Of a stretch of DNA of 64,000 nt, positions 1 to 12,842 are shown piece after piece. The number at the start of each line of letters is the position of its first letter. The first letter of the stretch is position 1. The notes beneath the pieces are model-generated. The model saw only the letters and a list, made by a program, of their open reading frames with translations, was not told the origin of the DNA and searched no databases. The translations under genes and the position numbers were made by a program. The stretch comes from Balanoglossus misakiensis (taxonomy: Eukaryota > Animalia > Hemichordata): NCBI GenBank assembly GCA_040954595.2, contig CM082585.2:2200902-2264901 (forward strand), given 5' to 3'.

Positions 1-299
1 CCCTCGGGTGTAATAAACGGCTGCTATGGCCCTCATGGCCAGGCAATAGGTGTTCACTATTTGGTATAGCCTAGTATACTATATTTTTGTAAACCATAGA
101 AAACATGAGTGTGGTGATGAGTTGGGTGGCGGTCCAAGGTGAGGGGAGGTATATTATGCTAAGTCCAAACCAGAGAGATATTTGTGGTTGATTTGTTAGT
201 GTCAAAATTCAACTAAGTATATTTATAAAAATAAGATAGCGCTGTAGTATATATGACAACTGATACAAATGTAGGTAACTGATATGTTTACCCATAAAC

Positions 300-1105
300 C
301 GTCTAATATTTAAGATTCCCAATATGTGGAGAGGCCCTAAAATTTGACCTCATTTTTGAGCAGTTAGGTCCCCATAGAAGTTAAAAAAAAAGAAATTGGA
401 AGAAATCCTTTACAAATACACATGTCACACTATGAACAAATATCTCCAGGGCTGCTAAAACTAAAGTGACCCCCCCCCCCCCTGCAAGAAAATGTGATGG
501 AGGGGTCCAACAAATTGATTTCCATCATTTTGGGGATGTTTATTCATCATTGAAACCAAAACAGCAAACAAAACAAATAACTATTAGCAAAAACTCCTAC
601 GAGAATACACGGTATAGGTGAACAAATACTGTTAAGATTGTCGGAATGTAAGTGCCCCCCCCCCCCACAAATGTAATAGAGGGGCCCTAAAATTTGCATG
701 TGATCTTTTGTGACCAGGTGTCAAAACAGCAAAAAAAAAATTCTTTAGCAGAAAATTCTACGAAAATGGAGTAGATAGGTGAATAAATATCTTCGGGGAG
801 GCCAAAACAGGAGTGACGACCCCCCCCCCCCCCGAAAAAATATGATGGAGGGGCCCTAAAAATTGCACCCCATCATTTTCGGGTAGTTGGGTCCCCATAG
901 AAGCCAAAACAGCAAAAAAATCAATTTTAGCACAAAAATCCTACGGGAATACACATCATACCACAAAACGGAAGTACCCCCCCCCCCCCCGAGAAAAATA
1001 TGATGGAGGGGCCCTTAAAATTGCACCCCATCATTTTCGGGTAGTTGGGTCCCAATAGAAGCCAAAACAGCAAAAAAATCAATTTTAGCACAACAATCCT
1101 ACGGG
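300..1105. repeat. Degenerate ~160-190-bp tandem repeat with poly-C tracts
   Basis: Recurring (C)n-GAAAAAATATGATGGAGGGGCCC-AAAATTGCACCCCATCATTTTCGGGTAGTTGGGTCCC unit. The copies near 820-950 and 975-1105 are nearly identical; earlier copies are diverged. Confidence 0.75.
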
Positions 1106-1139
1106 AGCTGTTTTTCATGACATACCATACCGCACTAAC

Positions 1140-3300
1140 TGCAAAATCTCAAAATTTGGTCGATTTTTGAAAAAAATCATGGTGAAAATCATCAAAAAAT
1201 GACAAATTTTTGATTTTGCAAAATCTCAAAATTTCGTCGATTTTGAAAAAAATTATGGGTTCGTCGATTTTTGAAAAAAACATGGGTGAATTTTCGACTT
1301 TGCAAAATCTCAAAATTTCATCGATTTTGAAAAAAATCATGGGTTCGTTGATTTTTTAAAAAAACATGGGTGAATTTTCGACTTTGCAAAATCTCAAAAT
1401 TTCGTCGATTTGGAAAAAAAATCATGGGTTCGTTGATTTTTAAAAAAAAACATGGGTGAAAATCATCAAAAAATGAAAAATTTTCGACTTTGCAAAACCT
1501 CAAAATTTCGTCGATTTTGAAAAAAATCATGGGTTCGTCGATTTTTGTAAAAAAATCATGGGTGAAAATCATCAAAAAATGACAAATTTTCGATTTTCCA
1601 AATCTCAAAAGTTCGCCGATTTTGAAAAAAAATCATGGGTTCGTCGATTGTTTAAAAAAAACATGGGTGAAAATCAACAAAATGACAAATTTTCGACTGC
1701 AAAATCTCAAAATTTCGTCGATTTTTGAAAAAAAAATCATTGGCTGTAGCTCATGAAAATCATCAACAAATGTCAAATTTTCAACTTTGCGAAATCTCAA
1801 AATATCGTCGATTTTTGAAAAAAAACCATGGGTTCGTCGATTTTTGAAAAAAAACATGGGTGAAAATCATCAAAAAATGACAAATTTTCGACTTTGCAAA
1901 ATGTCAAAATTTCGTCGATTTTGAAAAAAATTATGGGTTCGTCGATTTTTGAAAAAAATCATGGGTGAAAATCTTCAAAAAATGACAAATTTTCGACTGC
2001 AAAATCTCAAAATTTCGTCGATTTTCGAAAAAAAATCATGGGTGAAAATCATCAAAAAAATGACAAATTTTTGATTTTGCAAAATCTCAAAATTTCGTCG
2101 ATTTTGAAAAAAAATCACGGGTTCGTCGATTTTTTAAAAAAACATGAGTGAAAACCATCAAAAAATGACAAATTTAAGACTGCAAAATCTTAAAATTTCG
2201 TCGACTTTTGAAAAAAAGCATGGGTTCGTTGATTTTTTAAAAAAACATGGGTGAAAATCATCAAAAATTTACAAATTTTCGACTGCAAAATCTCAAAATT
2301 TCGTCGATTTTTGAAAAAAAAATCATGGGTGAAAATCCTCAAAAAAACGACAAATTTTTGATTTTGCAAAATTTCAAAATTTCGTCGATTTTGAAAAAAA
2401 ATCATGGGTTCGTTGATTTTTTAAAAAAACATGGGTGAAAATCATCAAAAAATGAAAAATTTTCGACTTTGCAAAATCTCAAAATTTCGTCGATTTTGAA
2501 AAAAATTATGGGTTCGTCGATTTTTGAAAAAAAATCATGGGTGAAAATCATCAAAAAATGACAAATTTTCGATTTTGCAAAATCTCAAAAGTTCGTCGAT
2601 TTTGAAAAAAAATCATGGGTTCGTCGATTGTTTAAAAAAAACATGGGTGAAAATCAACAAAATGACAAATTTTCGACTGCAAAATCTCAAAATTTCGTCG
2701 ATTTTTGAAAAAAAAATCATAGGCTATAGCTCATGAAAATCATCAACAAATGTCAAATTTTCAACTTTGCGAAATCTCAAAATATCGTCGATTTTTGAAA
2801 AAAAAAACATGGGTGAAAATCATCAAAAAATGACAAATTTTCGACTTTGCAAAATCTCAAAATTTCGTCGATTTTGAAAAAAAATATGGGTTCGTCGATT
2901 TTTGAAAAAATCATGGGTGAAAATCATCAAAAAATGACAAATTTTCGACTGCAAATCTCAAAATTTCGTCGATTTTTGAAAAAAAATCATGGGTGAAAAT
3001 CATCAAAAAAATGACAAATTTTTGATTTTGCAAAATCTCAAAATTTCGTCGATTTTGAAAAAAATCACGGGTTCGTCGATTTTTTAAAAAAACATGGGTG
3101 AAAATCATAAAAAAATGACAAATTTTCGAGTTTGCAAAATCTCAAAATTTCGTAGATTTTTGAAAAAAATCATGGGTGAAAATCATCAAAAAATGAAAAA
3201 TTTTCGACTTTGCATAATCTCAAAATTTCGTCGATTTTGAAAAAAATCATTGGTTCGTCGATTTTTGAAAAAAAAAACATCGGTGAAAATCACCAAAAAA
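1140..3300. repeat. AT-rich satellite array with variable ~55-100-bp units built from 26-30-bp submodules
   Basis: Repeated modules AAAATCTCAAAATTTCGTCGATTTTGAAAAAAA, CATGGGTTCGTCGATTTTT and CATGGGTGAAAATCATCAAAAAATGACAAATTTTCGAC. ORFs in this region are repeat artefacts. Confidence 0.95.
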
Positions 3301-4287
3301 AAATAGGTATTTGACTCAGAGTAAACAAGATTGTGTAATTGATACATGTCAGAACGAGATAGAGATATCACGCGCTAAGTTCATGTTTAAGAAATATTAA
3401 GATGACGTGTTCCTTTTATGACATAATACTTGACTAACGTATTAATAAGAGGTGGTGAAATTTGATATCACATTATTATCACCGGAGATCCGTGACGGGA
3501 GTCAACGAGCATGGATAGAGTCGTGTAATTCTTACGTGTGACCAGTAATAAACCACAACTATTTGTGTTACTCGGAAAACTTGTTGAAAGTCTCGTTATG
3601 CCTCTCGTTAAGTTTACGATATGCCGGGTACCTCTCTCTGACTCTATGAATATGTTGGGTGGAGAAGGAGAGGGAGAGAATTTACACTCTCACCCTTCGG
3701 ACGTGGCTGATTCCCCAAAGAAGCCCCGATGAGGTAAACGTCCGAAGGATGGCGGGCGTAACAAAACTACAGTGTTCGCAACATGACCTCAGGTCCGCCG
3801 CAGGTTTTGCATGTTACAGCAGAAAACGTCTCCGTCAGACCACTAAAAGTAATACCTTTAGGACATAAATTATTTATCTTGAAAGATATTGCTGTATGCA
3901 AATTTCATCTCCGGATTGCTATCGGCGAAACATACCGAGGCTGTCGTCGCTATAGTTGGGACCGACAGTCGAGACCCACATTGTATTGTAAGGAAAGTTT
4001 TAGACGCAACTTAATCAAAGCAGGTATAGTTAGCAGAGCAGATTAAGTTAGCAGAGGAGTGTCGGTATCGTCCACCGTAAACAGGTGTATTCCTATCGGA
4101 TTTCAAGCGACAGTCAATTCCACTGGTCATCGATGTTTTTCTCCAAGGTGTTTGAAATACGTCTGTTCGATAGAGTCGTTGTTCCAAAATATGCACGGAT
4201 GCACGGAATGCGACCACATCTGGTTGTTGACAACAAACTAAGGTAGATTATGACTATAATCCCAACTGTCTCCTGTGTGACACACTC

Positions 4288-6256
4288 CTGTTGTGATTAT
4301 TGCTGGAATAGGCAATGTTTTAATCTGCCTGCAAAGACTCGTGTGACAAAGATTGTCGGCCAGTCAACATCACCAACGATATTAACAATATAAAATAAAT
4401 AAAATTTCAACGATTCAACTTCTTTTCTAGCTTCCTATCTGGATAGTTTGTTTTTTTTACTCTAAAGATCGCCTTTCTTCCAGGCCACGTGGCAAGAGAC
4501 GTTATCAACTTCTACTATGATCGATGCGAGAGTACTATAGTATTCTCATATACACAGACAAAGGCCACCAAAATAAGAGAATCATTTGGTCAAATGGTAG
4601 AGGGCGCAAAAACAGATATTTCAAATGACAAAATTTTCCGATAAACGTGTTTAATCAAATCAAACTGTGCTCAATGGTATGCTTGCAAAAATTGAATACA
4701 AATGAAACAAAACACAGCAACTGCCATGAACAAGAAGTTTATTCATGTCAAAATTCAATTTTTTTGAATCATTGATTTCAATTATCAGCTGAAAACTAAA
4801 ATTAGATTGTCATCTTGAACAGTATAAAATCAGCGAGCCATTAGACATTAAGTACCCAGCATACTAAAATAAAACCATGTAAACATGCACAATTAGATAA
4901 TCAAATAATTTTTATTTATTCACCATGATGTTTTTAATGTATGTCAAGTCAAAGTACTTGAAGTTATGGACGATCAATTAAAATAGAAAACTGTAATTTT
5001 AATGGCTGGGTAATGTATCCAATTTCTGCCCAATATATGAAATTTCCGAGTTAGCAACTGAAGAATTCGTGGGGAAAATAGTTACGTGATGTGTAACAGA
5101 ATTCACTTGGAAGTAAGGAGTTTTTGTAAAATCAACATGCATATTACAATTTATTTGTAAAAACTTGATTGGCAATGGAAAATTGGCGTTTAAATATATA
5201 GTACTTCAAGATGAACAGATAAAATATAAGTTATTACAGATGTCATTTTACGACAACAAGGAATGGTAAATCGTTCTTTAATATCTTTAAAGATGCCAGG
5301 TCAAAGGTCACCTTTGCAAATTCAACCACTGGTACCATAGCCATTTCAAATGTAGCCAAAAGTGCGCCACCACTTTCTTCAAACATACTGAAACCATCTA
5401 CAGGTTACCGTAGTCATATATCTCTTGGCATCCATGGCAGTTTAGCTAGTCATGAGCTGGCAAGGGGTGACCTGTAAGCTTTAAACTCTGGCTTCGGTAA
5501 TGTCGACTCTGGCTCTGGCATATACTTGCAGGTCCATATGACCTTGGGGTGAACATGGTCATGAAGAAATAAATAGAATCTGTTTGGTGCATTGTCAACT
5601 TCATTTTATAGTTTCAAAAAATTACAATATGATGAGTAATATTGTTGTTGTTTTCAAAGAGACTCACCACACACTTTAGTAAATCAATGACTTGAAAAAG
5701 TTTTGAGGACTATCATTTGTCAGAATCTCGGACCGCGAGGCACATACTACCTTAAATAGTTTCACTCGCAGCTTCTTGTGGGCAGTTTCTCCTTGCGTAC
5801 CTGTACAGACACACCAGGAGGCCGTTCCCGATGAACAACTCAACCCACATGAAAACATTCAAGCGTCTGGTCACACCCATTTCCGTCAAACAAGAACATG
5901 AATGAAACTGCGGAGGAAGAGAACGGGAGAGTGCCCATTAACCCTGTAATGACCAATCATTTACTGGAACAAGGTTCAGGATGTACGATCACTGGAGTTG
6001 AAAATAAGGTCATGGATTTGAAAATTATTTTGAGTTATGAAATTGAAAATACATATTTTTCATTGTGGATTCTCCGACATAAATATTATCAAAAACAATA
6101 AGGGTTGTCTTTTTAATTTATGACATATAACGCCATGAATCTAGCCCATTAATACAAAGGCAATACTAAAACACATTTCGGGTTAGCGTTATGACAACTT
6201 GAAGAAAGTATGAATACAAACTTTCTAAAGTAATATTTTAAAGGTTGGCGTATTGA
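4288..6256 (+). repeat. ~1.97-kb direct repeat, copy 1 (paralog at 21090-23058)
   Basis: Both copies start CTGTTGTGATTATTGCTGGAATAGGC and end AAGGTTGGCGTATTG, and are collinear with scattered substitutions. ORFs 5676/22480 and 5898/22702 are duplicates. Confidence 0.93.
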
Positions 6257-6369
6257 TTACAGCTTGTTTGTTCTGCTATTAATGGAAATTCGGTTAGAGC
6301 CGTTTGAGGCAACTCTTATTCTGTCAAAGTTATGGCGTTAACTTATTCTGATAAAGTTATGTTAACGCT

Positions 6370-6478
6370 AATCTGATTAAAATCAGATGTAGGGAACGGC
6401 GACGTGTTTTTTATGCTGTCGCAGCATCAAAAAACTACGTCGCCATTCCCTAGGCCTACATCTGATTTCAAACAGATT
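6370..6478. mobile_element. Small fold-back (palindromic) MITE-like element; diverged second copy at 6740-6842
   Basis: AATCTGATTAAAATCAGATGTAGGGAA...TTCCCTAGGCCTACATCTGATTTCAAACAGATT forms an imperfect hairpin, and the same terminal motif starts again at 6740. Confidence 0.65.
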
Positions 6479-6514
6479 GTGTTAACATCAGGAACACTTT
6501 ACATACATAAACTA

Positions 6515-6721
6515 CTGTAAAACACTTTATTTTAGCGAGTTGAAATTTTCACGATATCGAGAGAGGCTACTGTTTCGCGAGTATTAATTTTCGCGTTCTC
6601 TTATTTCATTCACTGCATCGTTATCTTCAAAAATAATTATGCGACCTCTTATTTTCATACCATTTTGGCTCTCACGTATCTCGCGAAAATGTATTGCTCG
6701 CGAAAATAACTTGTTTCACAG
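6515..6721. mobile_element. Non-autonomous TIR element (MITE) with TA target duplication
   Basis: TA|CTGTAAAACAC...GTTTCACAG|TA termini, with internal TTCGCG/CGCGAA repeats in both orientations. Confidence 0.7.
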
Positions 6722-7154
6722 TATATGCAAATATGCAGTAATCTGAATAAAATCAGATGTATGGTACGACGACGTCTTTTACTTATGTGGTACAGTATTA
6801 TTAGTATGCTGTCGTCATACCAACTGCGATTTTAGTCAGATTGTATGTACGTCAACACTGATTGTTGTGGCTGCCTTAAATAGGTTTTCACTTTGCGCTA
6901 CCTCTATACGTAACGCGTTCACTCAGTAGACCAAAGTACACGGATGTCCAGCAGACAAGAGTTCCTGTTTATACCATGAGGCTAGAAGACTGTATTGTGT
7001 TATTATACAGTGGTGCAGTCTAGATTTTAGTGAGGGATTGAAGCGAATCCAATTGCTTGCTTGAAACTCGCCCATCGTGATTGTGCATTGATAAAATACA
7101 ATAATCATACCACAGAAACATAAATTCCAGCTGCGCCTATCAGCGAGATTGTCA

Positions 7155-8082
7155 TAGCCTGGAGACCAGGGCGTCGGGGAAAAGAAACGCCCGGGGACAG
7201 TCTCTATTTACGAACAGAATTCTGTTCGTAGAACGACACGTGTGGTAAATCTTGCGTGTAAGCTAATTGGTCACTCAATGTTAACCACATGACATCGTCG
7301 CCTTCTAAATAAGGAAATAGAGGTGGAGTCATGTGTGAAATTCCCGCGATGGGATGTGGGAGTGGTTTTGAAAGTGTATGAATATTCATAACCAAGCTTT
7401 GTTAAAGGCACGTAAGGTGTAACTTTTGGGATAATTTTCATAATTTTTGTTTCAAACTGCACTACCATTAGTCCATGCAGATGGAGGTAGTGAACAATAC
7501 ACAAGCATTATAAACCCTAAGTATGAGTGCATATGCAAGTTTTAACCAGATAAATAATAAAGCTTTGCCGCAAGCGATTATGGCCGCCACCGTGGGAAAA
7601 TGCAAGAAACAATGAAAATGTTGCATTTCCGGTTGTGAAACTTCATAAACAAAACATGATCTCATCCACTTGAGCTCATGGAAGTAAATGTACACCACTG
7701 AGACATCAGATTTTCATTTTTCATTGCAATATTGCGCTTTTTTTAAAATTGCAGGAATTTTCGTTTTTCTTTAATTTTTGGCCATTTTGTCATAAATAAG
7801 TGTTGAGCTTGATATATTATCATGAAATAGCATTTAATAGACATAATTAAAAGCATATATGAGATTATTTAAAACTTTAATTTTTTATCCAGTTACAGCT
7901 TACGTGCCTTTAATTATATCATCCAACCACTGGCGCCCGTCAACATTTGATAGATCACTCGTTATCCATTTGTTACTAAGCGACCTCGATCGTTGCCAAG
8001 ACTACTATCTTTCAGCTCAGCAGGACTTGCTCGACTGTCCCCGAGCGTTGTATTTTAGATCGACGCCCTGGTCTCCCGGCTA
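7155..8082. mobile_element. Non-autonomous TIR DNA transposon, Academ(H)-like, 928 bp
   Basis: TIRs TAGCCTGGAGACCAGGGCGTCG...GGGGACAGTC and GACTGTCCCC...CGACGCCCTGGTCTCCCGGCTA. Perfect 9-bp TSD AGATTGTCA at 7146-7154 and 8083-8091. TAG..CTA ends with a 9-bp TSD fit AcademH. Confidence 0.85.
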
Positions 8083-9628
8083 AGATTGTCAATATATACG
8101 CTGCATGTTGCCAGCCAGGGCCCCGACTGACATTCCCTCTGAATATACACACCCCTCTATTGAAAATGGAACATTCCTGCAAGCAAAGCATGTTGTACTT
8201 GCTTACATCAGCTGTAGTGACTTGTGTAGACCCCCAGCGCGCGGCCTCTACTGTCTGTATATGGTCTGTCACAGTCCCCGGGAGTAACTGTCATGACAGA
8301 AATCGGTTTGTCAACGGCAAAACGGAGATAAGGTGTTTTTTCCGAATATAGAATATTCAATTCTGTTTGATTCGGTCATGCCCAAAGTGTGCGTAGCTGT
8401 CGTCCTCTGACAACGCTCGCTCATATTTCATGCGGAGAACTTAAGTAGGTTCAAGCCAAGTTTTAATAGTTGGGCTAAGGTCTTCCCTGATAAGTGTTGA
8501 AATGTTTGGGGTGTTACTGTCCGGGCTGTAACGACTTGGGTCGTGGAAAATGGGGGCTGAAACGACTGGGGCCGAAAGGGTCAGAGTGCCGGAACGACCT
8601 GTTTAAACATGTCGTTCCAGCACTATGACCCTAAAGTGTTACCTAAGATAGTGTCCAGCGTCTAGCCGTTATTGAAATTATAGACCCTGCAGCGAGACTG
8701 AGCATGATTTGTTGTTGTCATGAAACTCATCTCGTACTCCAGTCACTTTCATACAAAACGGCTATGAGTGTCCAATGGTCTTTGTTGAGACTGTTTGACA
8801 TTGAATGGCATTGACCTCGCGGGAGGATATCCTTCATGAATACAATGCAGGATATAATTTACATTGGCTAAGGGCTTTGAGGTGCACCAAATTAGTAATT
8901 TAGACACACCTTAATTATTACATGCCACCCCAAACTTTTTTAAAGCAAGAAACAAAATTGCAGTGCTTTTCCAATGACGCTTTTTAAAATGTAGAATCAG
9001 ATTGTTTTCTTGTCGCTCAGGTGTCCAAAATAAATATAGCTGTGATCAATTCCTACTTAAAGCAAACAAAAGTAAATTGAGTTGAATGGGCACGTCCGGC
9101 CCATATTTGACCCATTTCACATTTTTTCTTTCTTAGGCTGCATTCACAAACACCTCTGGAGGGGGGGGGGGGGAATTCATCTTTTACCGCTAATTTTCAC
9201 ATGCCCCCCCCCCCCCCTTTCACAACCCGAAATATTTTGAAATCCCCCTTCCGAACTGCCAAAATTTTGAAATCCCCCCATTTTCTTTCACAGAGCAAAA
9301 CTCATAACTCTGCTCAAGCGCTCCCATGAAAAGAATTTGAAACTGATGTTTCCCCTCATCAGTGGGTATTAAAACTGAACATTGTTTTTATTTTTTAAGT
9401 ATTTTGTATGATTATAATTAAAAAATATACAACTTAGCTAAAATGCTTAGATGAGTTAATCAGATTTTCAAAGTCCACCTAAAAGATCATTTAATCTTTC
9501 CAGGGTGCGGTTTATGTTGGAGATAGTATCAGTTAGGCTATTTCTCAGAAAATCAATGAACGATCTGCGGACACCCCGAATAATATGTTACCACAACGCT
9601 AGCCAGGAAGCACATGAGACATTTCACA

Positions 9629-9833
9629 ATGAGGCAGTGAACACTGGGGGGACCAGACTGACACGTTAACCAATCAGGGAGCTGTATGGTGAATAAATAC
9701 ATATTAATAAGACCTAACCTACAAGGTCCTGCATAATGAGGCAGTGAACACTGGAGGACCAGACCTACACATTAACCAATCAGGGAGCTGTAAAGTGAAT
9801 AATGCATTGTAATAAGACCTAACCTACAAGGTC
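9629..9833 (+). repeat. Two-copy ~107-bp tandem repeat
   Basis: AATGAGGCAGTGAACACTGG...TTAACCAATCAGGGAGCTGTA...AATAAGACCTAACCTACAAGGTC occurs twice. Confidence 0.8.
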
Positions 9834-9977
9834 TGGTGAATAATACATAGTAATATGACCTAACACATAAGGTCCCTCCAATCAGCGAGCCGCAAGTGGA
9901 CCTTAGAGAAGTGGATAAACCAATCAGAACATGTAATACGTGTGCATAGGACCTGTAATGTAGGTCATTTTGAAACA

Positions 9978-11993
9978 GGACTAGTTCACCATGACCAACC
10001 ACATGACCCAGGAAATCGATCTGCTCATAACCCACATAACACTTAGTTGGTCTCGCTGTTAACTTTGCCTTTCGTAGTCTGCTCATCAAATCTGTAATTG
10101 TCTTGATATGTTCTTCCCATGATGCAGTGTGGATCAGTATGTGATCGATATAGTTGTCTACGTTCTTCATATCTCTTAACAATCTTCTCATAATTCTGCT
10201 AAAAGTCGCAGCACTATTTACAAGTCCGAAAGGCATTTTGATAAATTGGTATAGCCCATCATGCGTGATAAATGCCGTCAATTGTTTAGAATTATCAGTC
10301 AACGGGACTTGCCAATATTCTTTGCTGAGATCTACTTTAGTGAAATAGTGATCCTTGGATAACTTAGCAAAAAGCAAAAAGCTCACTCAGGTCTGGTGTA
10401 GGCTCTGCATCAAACACTGTTATGCGATTGAGCTTTCTCATGTCAACACAACAACGATTGGACCCATCAGATTTCTTCACCATTACCAGTGGAACAGCAT
10501 ATGGACTCTCTGAAGGTTCAGCTACTCCCATCTTAATCATCGTTTTGACTTCATCTTTCACTGCTTCACGGAGTGCATGAGGGATGGGGTATGGCCTACT
10601 GCATACTGGTGTTGGATCCATCAACTTGATGTCATGGAAACCCAGGTTGGTGTTACCACGAATATCAGTTAACATATCTTTGTAATTGATCAGCAACCTC
10701 CTCACCACTTGCTTCTGTATGTCTGACAAGTTGTCACATACATTCACATCTGCAGCAAATTCTTTCTGCTTGAATGCAGGAACCCGCAGTAAGTCATCGT
10801 TTACTTTAACCCCTGTGTTCTCTTGTACTTCTGAAGATTCATAACTCTGCTCATCTATCACAGATACACACACAATCTCAAGAAGTCCAGCTGATACTTC
10901 ATCTAGCTGATCAGTTCTTCGATAGTACCTCTTCAACAGGTTGGCATGGAATGTTTTCACCCTATGACCAAAGTCAATCTTGTAATCCATATTGCTCGCT
11001 TTCTCCACCACTGGAAAAGGACCCTTCCAGTGCATAAGTAGTTTATTATGGTCAGTAGGTAGTAGCAATAACACCTCGTCACCTTTGTTGAACTTCCTCC
11101 ATTTGGCCTTTCTATTGTAGTAGGACTTGTATTTGCCTTGTGATATCTTCAGTTCTTGTCTTGCTAAATCGCATGCCTTCTTTAATTTCTTTTGAAGATC
11201 AAGGATGTATTGATAAGTCGTTTTGGTTTCTGGTTCACTGATCTCTCCAGTCCATAGTTCTTTCAAGATAGCCATTGGACCACGCACACTCCTCCCATAA
11301 AGTAACTCAAACGGAGAGAATCCTGTGCTCGATTGAGGCGTTTCTCTGTAGGCAAATAGTAAAGCATTCAGATAACGATCCCAATATGTTGGACGTTCCT
11401 CACACATCTTCCTGAGCATGAGTTTCAATGTACCATTGAACCGTTCCACTAGACCATTGAATGCTGGGTGGTATGGGGTGGTAGTCATCTGCTTTATAGA
11501 CAAAAGCCGGCTGACCTCACGCATCACATCTGATGTAAATTGAGTTCCTTGATCTGTCAGAATTTCACGTGGACACCCCACTCTTGAGTAGATGTCCAGG
11601 AGCGCCTCTGCAACAGTCTTGGTATCAATGTTAGTCAATGCAACAGCCTCCGGATAGCGTGTTGCATAATCAACAACAGTAAGTATGTACCTATTCTTGC
11701 GTTCAGTGCATGGATGAATAGGGCCAACCAGGTCTACTGCAATACGTAGGAAAGGGATATCTATTAGTGGCATACTTCCAAGTGGTACCTTGGTCACCCG
11801 TCCCTTTGGTTGTGTCCGTTGACATGAATCACAGGACTGACAGTAACGGGAAACATCTGATGTTAGCCCAGGCCAAACGAAGTTGCTGAGGATCTTGTCT
11901 GTGGTCTTGTGAGTTCCGTGGTGACCACCCAGCACTGATTCATGGGCTAGTCTCATCACCTGGTTACGATACACTCTGGGAACCACCACCTGT
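9978..11993 (-). pseudogene. pol: Gmr1 pol, 3' part: integrase followed by reverse transcriptase (frameshifted, truncated)
   Basis: IN zinc domain (AHESVLGGHHG...CQSCDSC), rve core (VDLVGP, TDQGTQF, GLVERFN) and WKGPF. RT motifs follow: SPYAVPLVMVKK, VDMRKLN, DLSKEYWQV, MPFGLVNS and YIDH (mutated YIDD). A frameshift at 10367-10380 is caused by a 7-bp duplication. Confidence 0.93.
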
Positions 11994-12842
11994 CACTACA
12001 GCTTGAACGACGCCACCTATGGGCAGTATTTCCGTGGCAGCCTATGAAGCTCATGAATATTTAATTAGACACAGTAATGGCGTTCGCGATCGAACACAGC
12101 TGTCGATGCACAGCATAATTCGGTGAGTAATATTGCTTTATTCCAAGTTTTGTTTAGTAAAATTAGCAAGATGTCAGAGACAATATGAAATAAAGTTGCG
12201 ATTCTGCTGTGTTATTTATGTGTATCAGCCAAATAACTTGAACATTTTGATCACCCGCTGACAGTCCCTGGCCGTTGCTATAGCAGAAGCCGTCCTAAGC
12301 AACCATAAACAAACACTAAAAATTACAACGATTCAGCTTCACAGAATTGTTTTTTTCAATTTGAAAACCATACGAATTTAGTCTTTTATACGTAAACATA
12401 GGATTCCATGTTTAAAATGCTGCTACAAGCAATATGACGAAATCATACCAAGCGAAAATATACGACCCTGTGTGTTCCTTGGCAGCAGCACGGGTTACAT
12501 TGATTGTAATGGCGGCGCTTCGAATTTTCGGCGACATGGTGATATTGTTCATAGAATTGACAGAAAATAAGACCGTAACTGAAAAATCAGAAACCAATAG
12601 TTTGTGCTAAAATATATTCTTGATATAATTCGCTGGAAATTCGAGGGTGAAAACGAAATAAGAAAAAAATGAATGGGCGAGATTGTTATGGTAAGGTTAC
12701 CCACATTCTTTCTATGTCACCTTTGACCTCAATTTCTGGAGGAAGTATAATGAGCAGGTGTTTTGTTTTTGCTTCCCTCGGATAGATAATTATTGTAAAG
12801 ATATTTCTCTTGTTCACCCTTTTCAGGTATAGATTTAGAGCC

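Noticed and set aside
3783-4046. VCKFHLRIAIG motif as a transposase N-terminal zinc-finger remnant
   Set aside because: The resemblance is weak, and no catalytic domain or element ends are nearby.
9772-9977. C-terminal extension of the 204-aa RT ORF
   Set aside because: Read-through into unrelated repeat DNA after the truncation point.
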